Shown piece by piece: positions 40,274-50,390 of a DNA stretch of 64,000 bases. The position numbers and the translations under genes are program-made. The stretch is from Candidatus Eiseniibacteriota bacterium (GTDB lineage: Bacteria; Eisenbacteria; RBG-16-71-46). Below the pieces are notes generated by a model. It was given only the letters and a program-made list of their open reading frames with translations, had not been told where the DNA came from and did not search any database. Numbering within the stretch: position 1 is the stretch's first letter; each line of letters begins with the position of its first letter. The stretch is from NCBI GenBank assembly GCA_031370785.1, contig JANMQY010000042.1, positions 1-64,000 of the forward strand. The letters are read 5' to 3'.

Positions 40274-40368
40274 GCCGTTCGCACCCGCGTCATGGGACGG
40301 TGCATCCAACTCCGCGATCCCGTTCTCAATTTCAGGTGTGCCGTTTCTCAAACGCAAGGAGTAACCCC

Positions 40369-41595
40369 GTGCCCAGCAGTGGACTCCCCGAAATCGTGAT
40401 CGTTTCCGGCGCGCGCACGCCGATGGCCGAATGGGTGGGCGGCAAGCGTGGGGACGGGCTGCCCGGAGGCGCGCTCGCTTCGGTTTCGGCAATCGACCTG
40501 GGCGCGGCCGCGGCTCAGGCCGCGATCCAGCGCGCCGGGATCTCCCCGGACGTGATCGACCACGTGGTGATGGGCAATGCGCTGCAGACTTCGGGCGATG
40601 CGATCTACGGGGCGCGGCACGTCGCGCTCAAGGCCGGGGTGCCGATCGGAGTTCCGGCGCTCACCGTCAATCGCCTGTGCGGGTCGGGGCTGCAGAGCGT
40701 GATCAGCGGCGCTCAGATGATCCAGCTGGGCGAGGCGAGCTGGGTGCTGGCCGGCGGCATGGAGAACATGAGCCAGGCCCCGCACGTGCTGCGCGGCGCG
40801 CGCTCGGGATTCCGCCTCGGAGCGACGCCGCAGCTCGAGGATTCGCTGTTCGTGGCGCTCAAGGACAGCTACTGCGGCTGCTTCATGGCACAGACTTCGG
40901 ACAACCTGGCGCGCAAGTTCGGCATCACCCGCGAGCAGCAGGACGCCTTCGCGCTTCGGTCGCACGAGCTCGCGAATGCCGCGAACAACAACGGCCGGTT
41001 CGCCGAGGAGCGCATCCCGGTCGAGGTGAAGCAGGGCAAGAAGAGCGTCACCGTCGACAAGGACGATCACCTCTTCCCGAACACCTCGCTCGAGAAGCTG
41101 GCGGCGCTGCCTGCGGCGTTCGGACCCGAGTCATTCGTGACCGCGGGCAACGCCTCGGGCGTCGTGGACGGCGCGGCGGCGGTGGTGGTGACCGCCGCCA
41201 CCAGCGCGAAGGCCGGCGGGCACACACCGCTCGGCTACGTTCGCGCGTATGCCAGCGTCGGCGTGCCGCCCGAGACCATGGGCTACGGCCCGGCGCCCAC
41301 GATCCGCAAGACGCTCGAGAAGGCGGGGCTCAAGCTCGACGCGGTCGACCTGTTCGAGATCAACGAAGCGTTCGCCGGCCAGTACCTCGCGGTCGAGAAG
41401 GATCTGGGATTGGATCGCGACAAGGTAAACGTGAACGGCGGTGCGATCGGACTTGGCCATCCGCTCGGCGCGACCGGCACGCGCCTCATCTACACGCTGC
41501 TGATCGAGCTCGCCAGGCGAGGCAAGCGTTTCGGCATCGCCAGCGCCTGCATTGGTGGCGGTCAGGGCATCGCGGTGCTGGTCGAACGCGCGTAG
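40369..41595 (+). CDS. Acetyl-CoA C-acyltransferase (thiolase)
   Basis: NRLCGSG, GGMENMS, NEAF, GHPLGATG, CIGGGQG; AAGGAG RBS. Confidence 0.95.
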   Translation: MPSSGLPEIVIVSGARTPMAEWVGGKRGDGLPGGALASVSAIDLGAAAAQAAIQRAGISPDVIDHVVMGNALQTSGDAIYGARHVALKAGVPIGVPALTVNRLCGSGLQSVISGAQMIQLGEASWVLAGGMENMSQAPHVLRGARSGFRLGATPQLEDSLFVALKDSYCGCFMAQTSDNLARKFGITREQQDAFALRSHELANAANNNGRFAEERIPVEVKQGKKSVTVDKDDHLFPNTSLEKLAALPAAFGPESFVTAGNASGVVDGAAAVVVTAATSAKAGGHTPLGYVRAYASVGVPPETMGYGPAPTIRKTLEKAGLKLDAVDLFEINEAFAGQYLAVEKDLGLDRDKVNVNGGAIGLGHPLGATGTRLIYTLLIELARRGKRFGIASACIGGGQGIAVLVERA

Positions 41596-41603
41596 CGGCT
41601 CGC

Positions 41604-41649
41604 AAATGCATCGGGCCCGGCTTCGAAAGAGGCCGGGCCCGATGCATTT
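41604..41649. terminator. Bidirectional terminator hairpin between convergent genes
   Basis: AAATGCATCGGGCCCGGCTTC-GAAA-GAGGCCGGGCCCGATGCATTT, 21-bp stem with one G-U pair. Confidence 0.85.
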
Positions 41650-41665
41650 CTGGCGGACGCGCCGG

Positions 41666-43600
41666 TTAGCGCAGATCGATGATCGCGGCCGGCGGGATCA
41701 CGTCGGGGCCGCCGCTGCCGAACTCCCATGCGCCGATGTCGGGCGCGGAGCCGTTCATGCTGCGGGTGATTCCGGGAAGCAGCAGGGCCGCGTCGATCGC
41801 CGGACTCAATACCGATAGATGGTAGTCGCCGGTCGCGGGGGAAACGAATAGCGGGTCGCCGGAGCGCCCCGCCATCTCGAAGCCGGTGGCGCTGCGCAGC
41901 GCGGAGATCGACGAGTAGTTGAGGTTCTTCCAGCGGAACAGCGCGGGGTAGTTCGAGAAGATCAGGTCGCCGTCGAAGTCGTTCCCGGTCTGGCTCTCGC
42001 CGGAGTCGTCGCTGACCGAGGCCGCGCCATTGCCGATCAGCACGTTGTTGCGAAAGTGCAGATTGGAGTACGGACCGCTCGGGTGCACCGCCGGGGCGCC
42101 GCTCACGTTGCTGGTCAGTGTGTTGTGGCAGATCCACACCTGTCCCGTGTTCGAGAGCGAGAACTTGAACCCGCCGCGAACGTAGTTGGTGAGCGTGTTG
42201 TAGAGCACGTATATCGGCCCGGTCGAAGTCGGTGCGATCGAGCACCCGCTGTACACGCTGTCGGCGCGATTGCTCCACACCCGCAGGTTCAGTCCAGAAA
42301 CCGTTTCGGGCTCGAGCGCGTCATCGGCGACGTGCCGGATCAGATTGTCGTGGAGGTCGCAATCGGCGGCGATGTCCTCGGTCACTCCATTGTCGCCACC
42401 GGTATCGATCCCATCGAAGGTCCCCTCGCACGTGTTGTAGCGGATCACAATGCCGCGCATCGCGCGGTGCGAGATGCCCTGCTGCTCTTCGTCGTGGGCC
42501 TTGGACGCGGCCCACGGCCACCAGCCGGTGCGCGGATCGCGGCACAGATTGCGCTCGATGAGGTCGCGCGAGGCGGTGCCGGTCAGCCAGATGTTCCTGC
42601 CTCCGATGGTGTGCACGTGATTCGACGACACCACGCATTCGCCCGCGCCGGCGAGCCGGATGCCGGCGCCGCCGGTGCCCGTGCCGAAATAGCGCACTTC
42701 GAATCCGGCGACACGCCAGGCGTCGCTGTCGATCGTGAATCCCACGTTGGAGCGCGCCACGTGGACGACATGGGCGGTCGGCGCCGAGAGGTCCTCGAGC
42801 TTCACGAACAGGCGCCCACCCTCGATCGCGAAGCCCTGGGCAATCCCATTGGCGTTGGTCTGAAGCGCCACGAGGCTCGCCTGCTTGTACAGGCGCTGCA
42901 GGCTGTCGATGCATACCAGCCGGTTCGAGGCCGGCACGTAGGGCACGCTCCAGATCCCGCCGCCATCACTCCGCCAGTCGGTGCGCTCGAGGTACGCGGG
43001 ATCCGATCCATCCACGATCACTCCCGGAGCGTCGGCGGTGAGGAATATCGGCGCCGCAGGCGCACCGGGGCGCGGCGTGTCCAGAGTCTGATAGTAGATT
43101 CCGGGGCGGACCCGGATCTCATCGCCGCTCTGCGCCTGATCGGCGGCGTGTTGAAGGGTCCGGAACGGCGTGGTCGATCCCCCGGCCGCGCTGTCGCTGC
43201 CTCCCGGCGCCACCCACCAGCTGCGTCCGGTCGGAGACAGCGCGCGATCGTCGCGGGTGGTGACCGCGCCCTGGGCGCTCGCCCCTCCCTCGGGGTCCTC
43301 GATCACCGTGCGCACCTCGTAGCCGGTGGCGGGAGTGAGCCACAGCACGCTCCCGGCCCAGCGCGAATTCGTGATCCGGGTCATGTTCACGCTCGCGTTC
43401 CACGCCGGGGCGCCCTGCGCGCGCCACTCGAGGCGCGCGCTCGCATTCCCGTTCGCATCCCCGGTGTAGGAAAGTCGGACGCCGACGGACTGATAGGTCG
43501 GGTACAGCTCGAGCGTACCTGCACTCGAGCCGTTCTGGGCACGGGCGGGAGGTGCGGCGAGCAGCGTGAACATGAGCAGCGCGGTGGTGCGAAGCATCAT
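41666..43600 (-). CDS. Secreted right-handed parallel beta-helix protein (pectin-lyase-like fold) with N-terminal Fn3-like domain
   Basis: Signal peptide; LTPATGYEVR; PFRTLQHAAD..GDEIRVRPGIY; Asn-ladder repeats; DYHL..SPAIDA..PDIGAWE. Confidence 0.8.
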   Translation of the reverse strand: MMLRTTALLMFTLLAAPPARAQNGSSAGTLELYPTYQSVGVRLSYTGDANGNASARLEWRAQGAPAWNASVNMTRITNSRWAGSVLWLTPATGYEVRTVIEDPEGGASAQGAVTTRDDRALSPTGRSWWVAPGGSDSAAGGSTTPFRTLQHAADQAQSGDEIRVRPGIYYQTLDTPRPGAPAAPIFLTADAPGVIVDGSDPAYLERTDWRSDGGGIWSVPYVPASNRLVCIDSLQRLYKQASLVALQTNANGIAQGFAIEGGRLFVKLEDLSAPTAHVVHVARSNVGFTIDSDAWRVAGFEVRYFGTGTGGAGIRLAGAGECVVSSNHVHTIGGRNIWLTGTASRDLIERNLCRDPRTGWWPWAASKAHDEEQQGISHRAMRGIVIRYNTCEGTFDGIDTGGDNGVTEDIAADCDLHDNLIRHVADDALEPETVSGLNLRVWSNRADSVYSGCSIAPTSTGPIYVLYNTLTNYVRGGFKFSLSNTGQVWICHNTLTSNVSGAPAVHPSGPYSNLHFRNNVLIGNGAASVSDDSGESQTGNDFDGDLIFSNYPALFRWKNLNYSSISALRSATGFEMAGRSGDPLFVSPATGDYHLSVLSPAIDAALLLPGITRSMNGSAPDIGAWEFGSGGPDVIPPAAIIDLR

Positions 43601-43816
43601 CAGTGAAATCCTCAGGACTGAAATCAGGTGGGATCGGCCGGCGCCGTCCTCCAGCGGGTGGTGCGTCAGGCTGTGGGATGGTATCAAGTTCCGTGCCCTG
43701 GACTCGTCCGGTGGGCGTCAAGGGTTTTGGGCTTGCTGTGAAGTAGTGTGGGGCGATTTACTTGTCGGGCTTCCGCTCACCGCCCAATCCTCATCCATGA
43801 AGGAAAACGCGCTCCG

Positions 43817-45058
43817 ATGGACCATCACGATCTCATCTACGACTGGAACGACGCCGGCGAGCGCTGGGAAAAACCGCCGTTCCGCATCCTGTTCGACGAC
43901 GAGACGCTTCGCGACGGGCTGCAATCGCCTTCGGTGAAGAGCCCGACCATCGAGAACAAGCTCGCGATCTTGCATCTGATGGAGCGGCTTGGAATCGATA
44001 CCGCCGACATCGGGCTTCCCGGCGCGGGGCCGCACGTCGTCGCCGACGTGCTGCGGCTCGCCCAGGAGATTGCGAGCCAGCGCCTGAACATCCGCGCCAA
44101 CTGCGCGGCGCGCACGCTCCGACAGGACATCACCCCGGTGATCGAGATCTCGCAGAAGGCCGGGATCCCGATCGAGGTGTGCACGTTCATCGGCTCCTCC
44201 CCCATCCGCCGCTACGCCGAAAACTGGACGCTCGAGACCATGCTCGCGCACACCGAGGACGCGGTGAGCTACGCGGTCGCCAACGGTCTGCCGGTGATGT
44301 ACGTGACCGAGGACACGGTGCGCGCCCATCCCGATACGCTGCGCCGGCTGTTCCTCACCGCGATCCGCTGCGGCGCGACCCGCCTGTGCCTGTGCGATAC
44401 CGTGGGGCACGCCACGCCGACTGGCGCGGCGAACCTGGTGCGCTTCGCGCTCGAGATCGTGCGCGAGAGCGGCGCCGCGGTGGAACTCGACTGGCACGGG
44501 CACTGTGATCGCGGGCTCGCGGTGATCAACACCATTGCCGCGATCCGCGCCGGAGCAACGCGGGTACATGGCTGTGCGATCGGGATCGGCGAGCGGGTGG
44601 GCAACACTCCGATGGACCAGCTGCTGGTCAACCTGCGCCTGCTCGGCTGGATCGAAAACGATCTGACCGCGCTGCCCGAATACTGCGAGCTGGTGAGCGC
44701 GGCGACCGGTGTGCCGCTTCCGCCCAACTATCCGGTGGTGGGCCGCGATGCGTTCCGTACCGCGACCGGGGTGCACGCGGCCGCGGTGATCAAGGCCTAC
44801 CGCAAGGGCGAGGACTGGCTGGCGGACCGCGTGTACTCGGGCGTCCCGGCAGCACTGGTCGGGCGCCATCAGCACATCGAAGTGGGCCCGATGAGCGGCG
44901 AGAGCAACGTGGTGTACTGGCTCGAGAGCCACGGCGTCGCCGTTTCACCGGGGCGCGTGCAGGCGGTGTTCCAGCGTGCGAAGAGCGTCGACCGCGTGCT
45001 CGGCGACGATGAGATCCGCGCGGTGCTCGACGCGCTCGACGAGACTCGCGTCTCGTGA
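43817..45058 (+). CDS. DRE-TIM metallolyase, LeuA/homocitrate-synthase family, lacking the regulatory domain
   Basis: DETLRDGLQ, CDTVG, HGHCDRG, GIGERVGN, GVHAAA. Confidence 0.85.
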   Translation: MDHHDLIYDWNDAGERWEKPPFRILFDDETLRDGLQSPSVKSPTIENKLAILHLMERLGIDTADIGLPGAGPHVVADVLRLAQEIASQRLNIRANCAARTLRQDITPVIEISQKAGIPIEVCTFIGSSPIRRYAENWTLETMLAHTEDAVSYAVANGLPVMYVTEDTVRAHPDTLRRLFLTAIRCGATRLCLCDTVGHATPTGAANLVRFALEIVRESGAAVELDWHGHCDRGLAVINTIAAIRAGATRVHGCAIGIGERVGNTPMDQLLVNLRLLGWIENDLTALPEYCELVSAATGVPLPPNYPVVGRDAFRTATGVHAAAVIKAYRKGEDWLADRVYSGVPAALVGRHQHIEVGPMSGESNVVYWLESHGVAVSPGRVQAVFQRAKSVDRVLGDDEIRAVLDALDETRVS

Positions 45059-45552
45059 TCGATCGCAGCTTTCGAAAGCGCTCGTTCGGAGCACTCGCGC
45101 GGCGGACGGCGTCCGTCGCCGTTCTCGGCGCGGCGTGGCTTGCACTCGCGCATCCAGGCCATGCGTCCTCCCCGACGAGCCGAGCCGCACCCGCGCAGCA
45201 CGCGATCAAGGCCGCACCGCGCTCCACGTTCCCGTCGCGCGCCGCGCTGCCATTGGGAAGGAAACCGGCGGATCTGGCGCAGCCTGCGCTCCTGCTCAGG
45301 CGCGGCCAGCCTCACATGCCCGATTCGCTGGGCGCCGCGGTGCAGCCGCTCGAGCTCAACCTGCCGGTGCTGGTGGACGAACACGGGCGGGCAGTGCTGC
45401 ACGAGCTGCCGTGGTTCGCTCCGTCGCGGTTGCCGGCGCCGATCGTCTCGGCGCTGCTCGCCTCACTCCCCGACTGGCACTTCCGCCCCGCGGTCCGGCT
45501 GGGTGAAGCACGACGGGTGTGGGCGGTCGTGCAATACTCGTACAAACCCTGA
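45055..45552 (+). CDS. Exported protein with a TonB C-terminal-like domain
   Basis: N-terminal signal/TM; VLVDEHG...WHFRPAVRLG..VWAVVQYSY; GTGA overlap with the upstream stop. Confidence 0.55.
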   Translation: MIDRSFRKRSFGALARRTASVAVLGAAWLALAHPGHASSPTSRAAPAQHAIKAAPRSTFPSRAALPLGRKPADLAQPALLLRRGQPHMPDSLGAAVQPLELNLPVLVDEHGRAVLHELPWFAPSRLPAPIVSALLASLPDWHFRPAVRLGEARRVWAVVQYSYKP

Positions 45553-45587
45553 CCGGAGCGGCGCGCCGCGTCCCAGGAGATTCGATC

Positions 45588-46664
45588 ATGTCGAAACGCT
45601 ACGACATCGCGGTCATCGCCGGCGACGGCATCGGACCGGAAGTGGTGCGCGAAGGGCTTCGGGTGCTGGAGCGCGTCGCAGCGATGGAAGGTTTTGCGGT
45701 GAGTCTCACCCGCTATCCATTCGGCGCCGAGCACTACCTGAAGACCCGCGAGATCTTTCCCGACGCCGCATTCGAAGAGGTGAAGCGCCACCACGCGATC
45801 CTGCTCGGCGCGATCGGCGACCCGCGCCTCGAGGTGGGCCTGCTCGAATTCGGAATCATCGCGAAGCTGCGCTTCGAGCTGGACCTGTTCGTGAACCTGC
45901 GCCCGGTCAAGCTGTATGCCGAGCATCTGTGCCCGCTCAAGAACACGGGACCGGCCCAGGTGGACTTCGTGGTGGTGCGCGAGAACACCGAGGATGCCTA
46001 CGCCGGGATGCGCGGCTTCTTCAAGAAAGGAACCCCCGACGAGATCGCGACCCAGGAGATCCTGTTCACGCGCAAAGGCGTCGAGCGGGCCATCCGCTAC
46101 GCGTTCGAGCTGGCTCGCTCCCGCTCGCGCAGGAAGCTCACGCTGATCGACAAGGCGAATGCGGTGCGCGCGATGGACCTGTGGACCCGCACTTTCGCCG
46201 AGGTCGGCGCCGAGTACCCGGATGTCGAGCGCGACCACAACTACATCGACGCCGCTTGCATGTACGTGGTGCGCAACCCGGAGCAGTACGACACGGTCGT
46301 GACCAGCAACATGTTCGGCGACATCTTCACCGACCTCTCGGCGATGATCCAGGGTGGCCTGGGGATCGCCGCCAGCGGCAACATCCACCCGGGCCGGGTG
46401 AGCCTGTTCGAGCCGATTCACGGCTCGGCGCCGAAACATGCGGGTCAGAACGTGGCCAACCCGATCGCGACCGTGATGGCGGTGCAGATGATGCTCGACT
46501 ACCTGGGCGAAAAGGGCGCGGCCAGGCGTCTCGAGGATGCGGTCGCTGCGCTCCTGCGCTCGAAGAAGCTGCCCTCGCTCGGCACCGACTCCGGATTCTC
46601 GACCACCGAGATCGGCAGCCTGGTGATCGAGGAGATGGAGAGCGCCTCAACCGCGAAACGCTGA
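45588..46664 (+). CDS. leuB: 3-isopropylmalate/isocitrate dehydrogenase family (LeuB-like)
   Basis: [36 protein letters not shown]. Confidence 0.8.
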   Translation: MSKRYDIAVIAGDGIGPEVVREGLRVLERVAAMEGFAVSLTRYPFGAEHYLKTREIFPDAAFEEVKRHHAILLGAIGDPRLEVGLLEFGIIAKLRFELDLFVNLRPVKLYAEHLCPLKNTGPAQVDFVVVRENTEDAYAGMRGFFKKGTPDEIATQEILFTRKGVERAIRYAFELARSRSRRKLTLIDKANAVRAMDLWTRTFAEVGAEYPDVERDHNYIDAACMYVVRNPEQYDTVVTSNMFGDIFTDLSAMIQGGLGIAASGNIHPGRVSLFEPIHGSAPKHAGQNVANPIATVMAVQMMLDYLGEKGAARRLEDAVAALLRSKKLPSLGTDSGFSTTEIGSLVIEEMESASTAKR

Positions 46665-46710
46665 AGGGTTCGAACGCGGCGTCGCCGGGCTCAGACCCGC
46701 GAGCCGGACC

Positions 46711-47139
46711 TCAGTTCCCGTCGCCTTCCGGCGCAAGGAATCGCTCGACCCAGCGGTAACCTTCCAGGATGACCAGGGCGAGAATGGTGCCAACCACGGC
46801 GAGTGAGTAGGCGTGCACGCCGACCGACACTCCGATCGCGGCCACCATCCACACGCTCGCGGCGGTGGTCAGGCCGTGCACGTAGCCTTCCTGTCTGAGG
46901 ATGCTGCCCGCGCCGAGGAATCCGACCCCGGTCACCACACCGTGGATGATGCGGGTGGGGTCGAACTGCGTCATCTCAAAGCTGTGCATGGCGTGCGGTG
47001 CAAGCAGCACGAACATGGTCGAGCCGAGGCATACCAGCGTGTGGGTGCGGAGCCCGGCGGGCTTGCGGCCCATCTGCCGCTCGAACCCCACCATGGTGCC
47101 GAGCACCGTCGAGATCAGCATGGCGATCACATCCTGCAT
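46711..47139 (-). CDS. MgtC/SapB family membrane protein
   Basis: GFER, AGLRTH, DPTRI, GVGFLGAG, GLTTAA. Confidence 0.92.
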   Translation of the reverse strand: MQDVIAMLISTVLGTMVGFERQMGRKPAGLRTHTLVCLGSTMFVLLAPHAMHSFEMTQFDPTRIIHGVVTGVGFLGAGSILRQEGYVHGLTTAASVWMVAAIGVSVGVHAYSLAVVGTILALVILEGYRWVERFLAPEGDGN

Positions 47140-47221
47140 TCACTCCTCCTTCCGTGGAGGTCGCAGTATCGGCAACCCGACCCCGACCTTCAAGCCCCGA
47201 TGCGCCTCCAGCGACCACCTG

Positions 47222-48022
47222 TTACTTTCGCTCGAATCGCGGCGGGCGCTTTTCGAGGAACGCTTTCAGGCCCTCGTGCATGTCCTGGCTCGCCGCCAGA
47301 ATGCCGAACAGCCCGCTCTCGAGGCGCAGACCATCGTCGAGCGGAAGCTGCAGCCCGCGGTTCACCGCCTCGAGCACGGCCGCAATCGCGAGTGGTCCGT
47401 TCTTGAGCATGGCGTTGGCGAGGTTTTCCGTCTCATCCAGCAGCTGGGCGCGAGGCACGACGCGGTTCACCAGGCCGATGCGCTCCGCCTCGTCGGCCTT
47501 GACCCTGCGCCCGGAGAGCATCAGCTCGAGCGCTCGTCCGGTTCCCACCAGCCTCGGCAGACGCTGAGTGCCGCCATAGCCGGGGATGATGCCGAGGCTC
47601 ACCTCGGGCAGACCGAACACCGCATTGTCCGAGGCGAGGCGCATGTGGCAGGCGAGCGCCAGCTCGCATCCCCCGCCGAACGCGTAGCCGTTGACCGCGG
47701 CGATCACGGGCTTGGGGGATCGCTCCAGCACTTCGAGCACGCGTTGACCAAAGCGCGAGATGTCCTCGGCGCCGCGCGGATCGAGCACGGCCAGCTCGTT
47801 GATGTCGGCGCCCGAGATGAAGCTCTTCTCTCCCGCCCCGCTCACGATCAGCGCGCCCTGGGCGGGATCCTCCACGAAACGCCGCGCGGCGTCCTCGATC
47901 TCGGACAGGGTCGCGCGATTGAGCGCGTTGAGCACATCGGGGCGGTTCACGAGCAGCACGGTCACCGCGCCGCGCGATTCGAGCGTGAGATTGCGGTAGG
48001 TCGGGTGGATGCCGGTGGTCAT
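47222..48022 (-). CDS. Enoyl-CoA hydratase (crotonase)
   Basis: NRP..LNAL, GADI, AFGGGCE, GLPE, PGYGGTQRL. Confidence 0.93.
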   Translation of the reverse strand: MTTGIHPTYRNLTLESRGAVTVLLVNRPDVLNALNRATLSEIEDAARRFVEDPAQGALIVSGAGEKSFISGADINELAVLDPRGAEDISRFGQRVLEVLERSPKPVIAAVNGYAFGGGCELALACHMRLASDNAVFGLPEVSLGIIPGYGGTQRLPRLVGTGRALELMLSGRRVKADEAERIGLVNRVVPRAQLLDETENLANAMLKNGPLAIAAVLEAVNRGLQLPLDDGLRLESGLFGILAASQDMHEGLKAFLEKRPPRFERK

Positions 48023-48105
48023 GGGTACGCTTTCGAGTCGAGGTTCGCAGCTCAGGAGCGCCCGGAGCCGCAGGGCCAACGTCGGTGATGGCGGATTGGC
48101 CGCGG

Positions 48106-48175
48106 AGTATAGGAATGCGCCTTCGAGGCGGCAAGGCGGGCGGCACTTGTGCCCCCCCGAGCGCGAGCCTAGAAT
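48106..48175. promoter_or_regulatory. Back-to-back divergent sigma70-type promoters
   Basis: Minus strand: TTGCCG-17-TATACT (48134-48106). Plus strand: TTGTGC-17-TAGAAT (48147-48175). Confidence 0.55.
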
Positions 48176-48213
48176 CCCTCGCGACCTACCGCCTCGACTC
48201 GAGGGAGAGCCTG

Positions 48214-49527
48214 ATGGAACCCGCCGCTTCCCACTTGGCCCGCACACCCAGCGCGCAGCGCCTGATGGACGAGCTCCAGTTTCTTTCGGAGCTGTGTCAG
48301 GTCGTCGCCGCCAAGTCCGAACTGCAGCCCATCCTCGACTGGATCGTGAACAAGACCACGCTGCTCCTCTCGGCGGACGAGGGATCGATCAAGCTGCTGG
48401 GCCCCGACAGTGGAACCGGCGTCGCCAAGACCGTGGTGCGCAAGCAGTCGCCGGGCACCGAGTCGGGATCGTGGCCCCCGCCGGTTTCGCTCAGCGTGAT
48501 GGGCTGGCTCATGCACCGGAACGAGGCGCTGCTCACGCCCGACTTGCTCGAGGACGAGCGCTTCCCCGGCCTCAAGGGCTACAGCAGCCGGGTTCGTTCG
48601 GTGCTCGCGGTCCCGCTGACGGTGGACGGACGCATCACCGGCATGCTGGCGGTCACCAACCGCGAGCCCGGCCGGCACTGGAATGCGGACGAGGCGCAGC
48701 TGCTGTCGATCGTCGCCAGCAACTCGGCGGGCGTAATCGAGCAGGCGCGCCTTCGCGCCGAGGCGCAGGAGAAGCAGCAGCTCGAGATCGAGAAGAAGCA
48801 CATCGAGCGCGAGCTGGACCTCGCACGCGACATGCAGATGAACCTGGTGCCCTCCGAGCCGCTCCGCGCGGGCCCGTGGGAGGTGCGCGGGCGCGTCGTA
48901 CCCGCCCGGCAGGTCGGAGGAGACGCGTTCGACTACTTCATGCTCGACGGAGGTCGCATTGCGGTGGCGATCGCGGACGTGTCGGGCAAGGGCGTGCCGG
49001 CGGCGTTGCTGATGAGCAACGTGCAGGCGTCGCTGCGCGCGTTCTGCAACGGACGCCAGAGCATTCCCGAGGCGCTCGGCCAGGTGAACCGCAGCGTGGC
49101 GCGCTCGGCCCAGGGCGGCAAATTCATCACCCTTTTCTACGCCGAGGTGGATCCGGCGAACGATCTGCTGCGATTCAGCAACGCCGGGCACAACCCGCCG
49201 CTGCTGCGCCGCGCCGACGGGTCGGTCGAGCTGCTCGCCGCGGGCGGCATTCCGCTCGGCATCTTCGAGGAAACCAGTTTCCAGCTCGGCGAGAGCCGGT
49301 TCGCCCCCGGGGACTCTCTCTTTCTCTACAGCGATGGAATCTCGGAAGCCTTCGACACGCGCGACGAGCAGTTCGGCGAAGAACGCCTCCTGAAGCTGTG
49401 GCAGGACGAAGGCCTGCGTGGACCCGGTGCATTCATCGAGCACGTGCTGGCCCAGGTCGCGGAGTTCCGCGGAAGCGCCGCGCAGAGCGACGACATGACC
49501 GCGGTCGTCATCGGCGCGAGGAGCTGA
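48214..49527 (+). CDS. GAF + PP2C/SpoIIE (RsbU-like) serine phosphatase
   Basis: SVLAVPL GAF; VGGD, IADVSGKG, NAGH, YSDG, DDMT. Confidence 0.92.
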   Translation: MEPAASHLARTPSAQRLMDELQFLSELCQVVAAKSELQPILDWIVNKTTLLLSADEGSIKLLGPDSGTGVAKTVVRKQSPGTESGSWPPPVSLSVMGWLMHRNEALLTPDLLEDERFPGLKGYSSRVRSVLAVPLTVDGRITGMLAVTNREPGRHWNADEAQLLSIVASNSAGVIEQARLRAEAQEKQQLEIEKKHIERELDLARDMQMNLVPSEPLRAGPWEVRGRVVPARQVGGDAFDYFMLDGGRIAVAIADVSGKGVPAALLMSNVQASLRAFCNGRQSIPEALGQVNRSVARSAQGGKFITLFYAEVDPANDLLRFSNAGHNPPLLRRADGSVELLAAGGIPLGIFEETSFQLGESRFAPGDSLFLYSDGISEAFDTRDEQFGEERLLKLWQDEGLRGPGAFIEHVLAQVAEFRGSAAQSDDMTAVVIGARS

Positions 49528-49537
49528 TCCCACGACC

Positions 49538-50380
49538 GTGAGGCGTGTCGGCCTTCTCGTGGCCCTCGGGTTGTTCGCGGCATTCGTCGTGCTCGCGATC
49601 CAGGCATCGCTCGAGGTTGCGGCGCACGACGTCGCGAGCCTCGCGCGGCGGGCGCCTGCACGCACCGCACTCATGCGCCAGCGTGCGGCCGAGGCAGCAA
49701 AGGCTCATCGCGCGTTCGCGATCGATCAGCGCTGGGTGCCCTACGACCGGATCTCGCCGCTGCTGCGCCGCTCGGTGCTGGTCACCGAGGACGACGCGTT
49801 CTTCAGTCACGATGGCCTCGACTGGAACGAGATCAAGGCCTCGGCCCAGCGCAATGTCGAGGCCGGTCACGTGGTGCGCGGCGGCAGCACCATCACCCAG
49901 CAGCTCGCCAGGAACCTGTTTCTCGGTAACGAGCGCTCGCTCACCCGCAAGCTCAAGGAAGTGCTGCTGGCGCTCCGGCTCGAGCGCGCGCTCGAGAAGC
50001 GCCGCATTTTCGAGCTCTACCTGAACGAGATCGAATGGGGCGACGGCATCTTCGGCGCCGAGGCGGCGGCGCAGCGCTGGTTCGGGGTTTCGGCGGCCGA
50101 CCTCGACCCGCGTCAGAGCGCGCTGCTCGCTGCGATCATCATCAACCCGCGCAAGTACTCGCCGATCCAGCCTTCGCGGCGCATCGAGCGTCGGGTGCGC
50201 CTGATCGCTTCGCGCCTTCATCGCCGGGGCGCGCTCGACGAGGATCAGTACCGCCTCGCGCTCGGCGAGGCGCCACCGCCGCGCCCGAGCGTCTCGGAAT
50301 GGCTGTTCGGAGTCCCCGACAGCGTGCCCGCGCCCGCGCCCACCGACAGCGTCGAAGTGCCGCCGGACTCAGGCCTCTGA
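49538..50380 (+). CDS. mtgA: Monofunctional peptidoglycan transglycosylase
   Basis: EDDAFFSH, GGSTITQQLARN, RKLKE, KRRIFELYLN. Confidence 0.92.
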   Translation: MRRVGLLVALGLFAAFVVLAIQASLEVAAHDVASLARRAPARTALMRQRAAEAAKAHRAFAIDQRWVPYDRISPLLRRSVLVTEDDAFFSHDGLDWNEIKASAQRNVEAGHVVRGGSTITQQLARNLFLGNERSLTRKLKEVLLALRLERALEKRRIFELYLNEIEWGDGIFGAEAAAQRWFGVSAADLDPRQSALLAAIIINPRKYSPIQPSRRIERRVRLIASRLHRRGALDEDQYRLALGEAPPPRPSVSEWLFGVPDSVPAPAPTDSVEVPPDSGL

Positions 50381-50390
50381 AGAGCCCGCT

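Noticed and set aside
37834..40329. 831-aa minus-strand ORF ending in YjbQ
   Set aside because: YjbQ starts at 38253 with its own -10; the extension is antisense to the STT3-like gene
41604..41649. Long palindrome as a REP/MITE or CRISPR repeat
   Set aside because: Single copy between convergent genes; a bidirectional terminator is sufficient
43601..43816. Leucine attenuator or T-box upstream of the leuA-like gene
   Set aside because: No Leu-codon-rich leader peptide, T-box motif or terminator found
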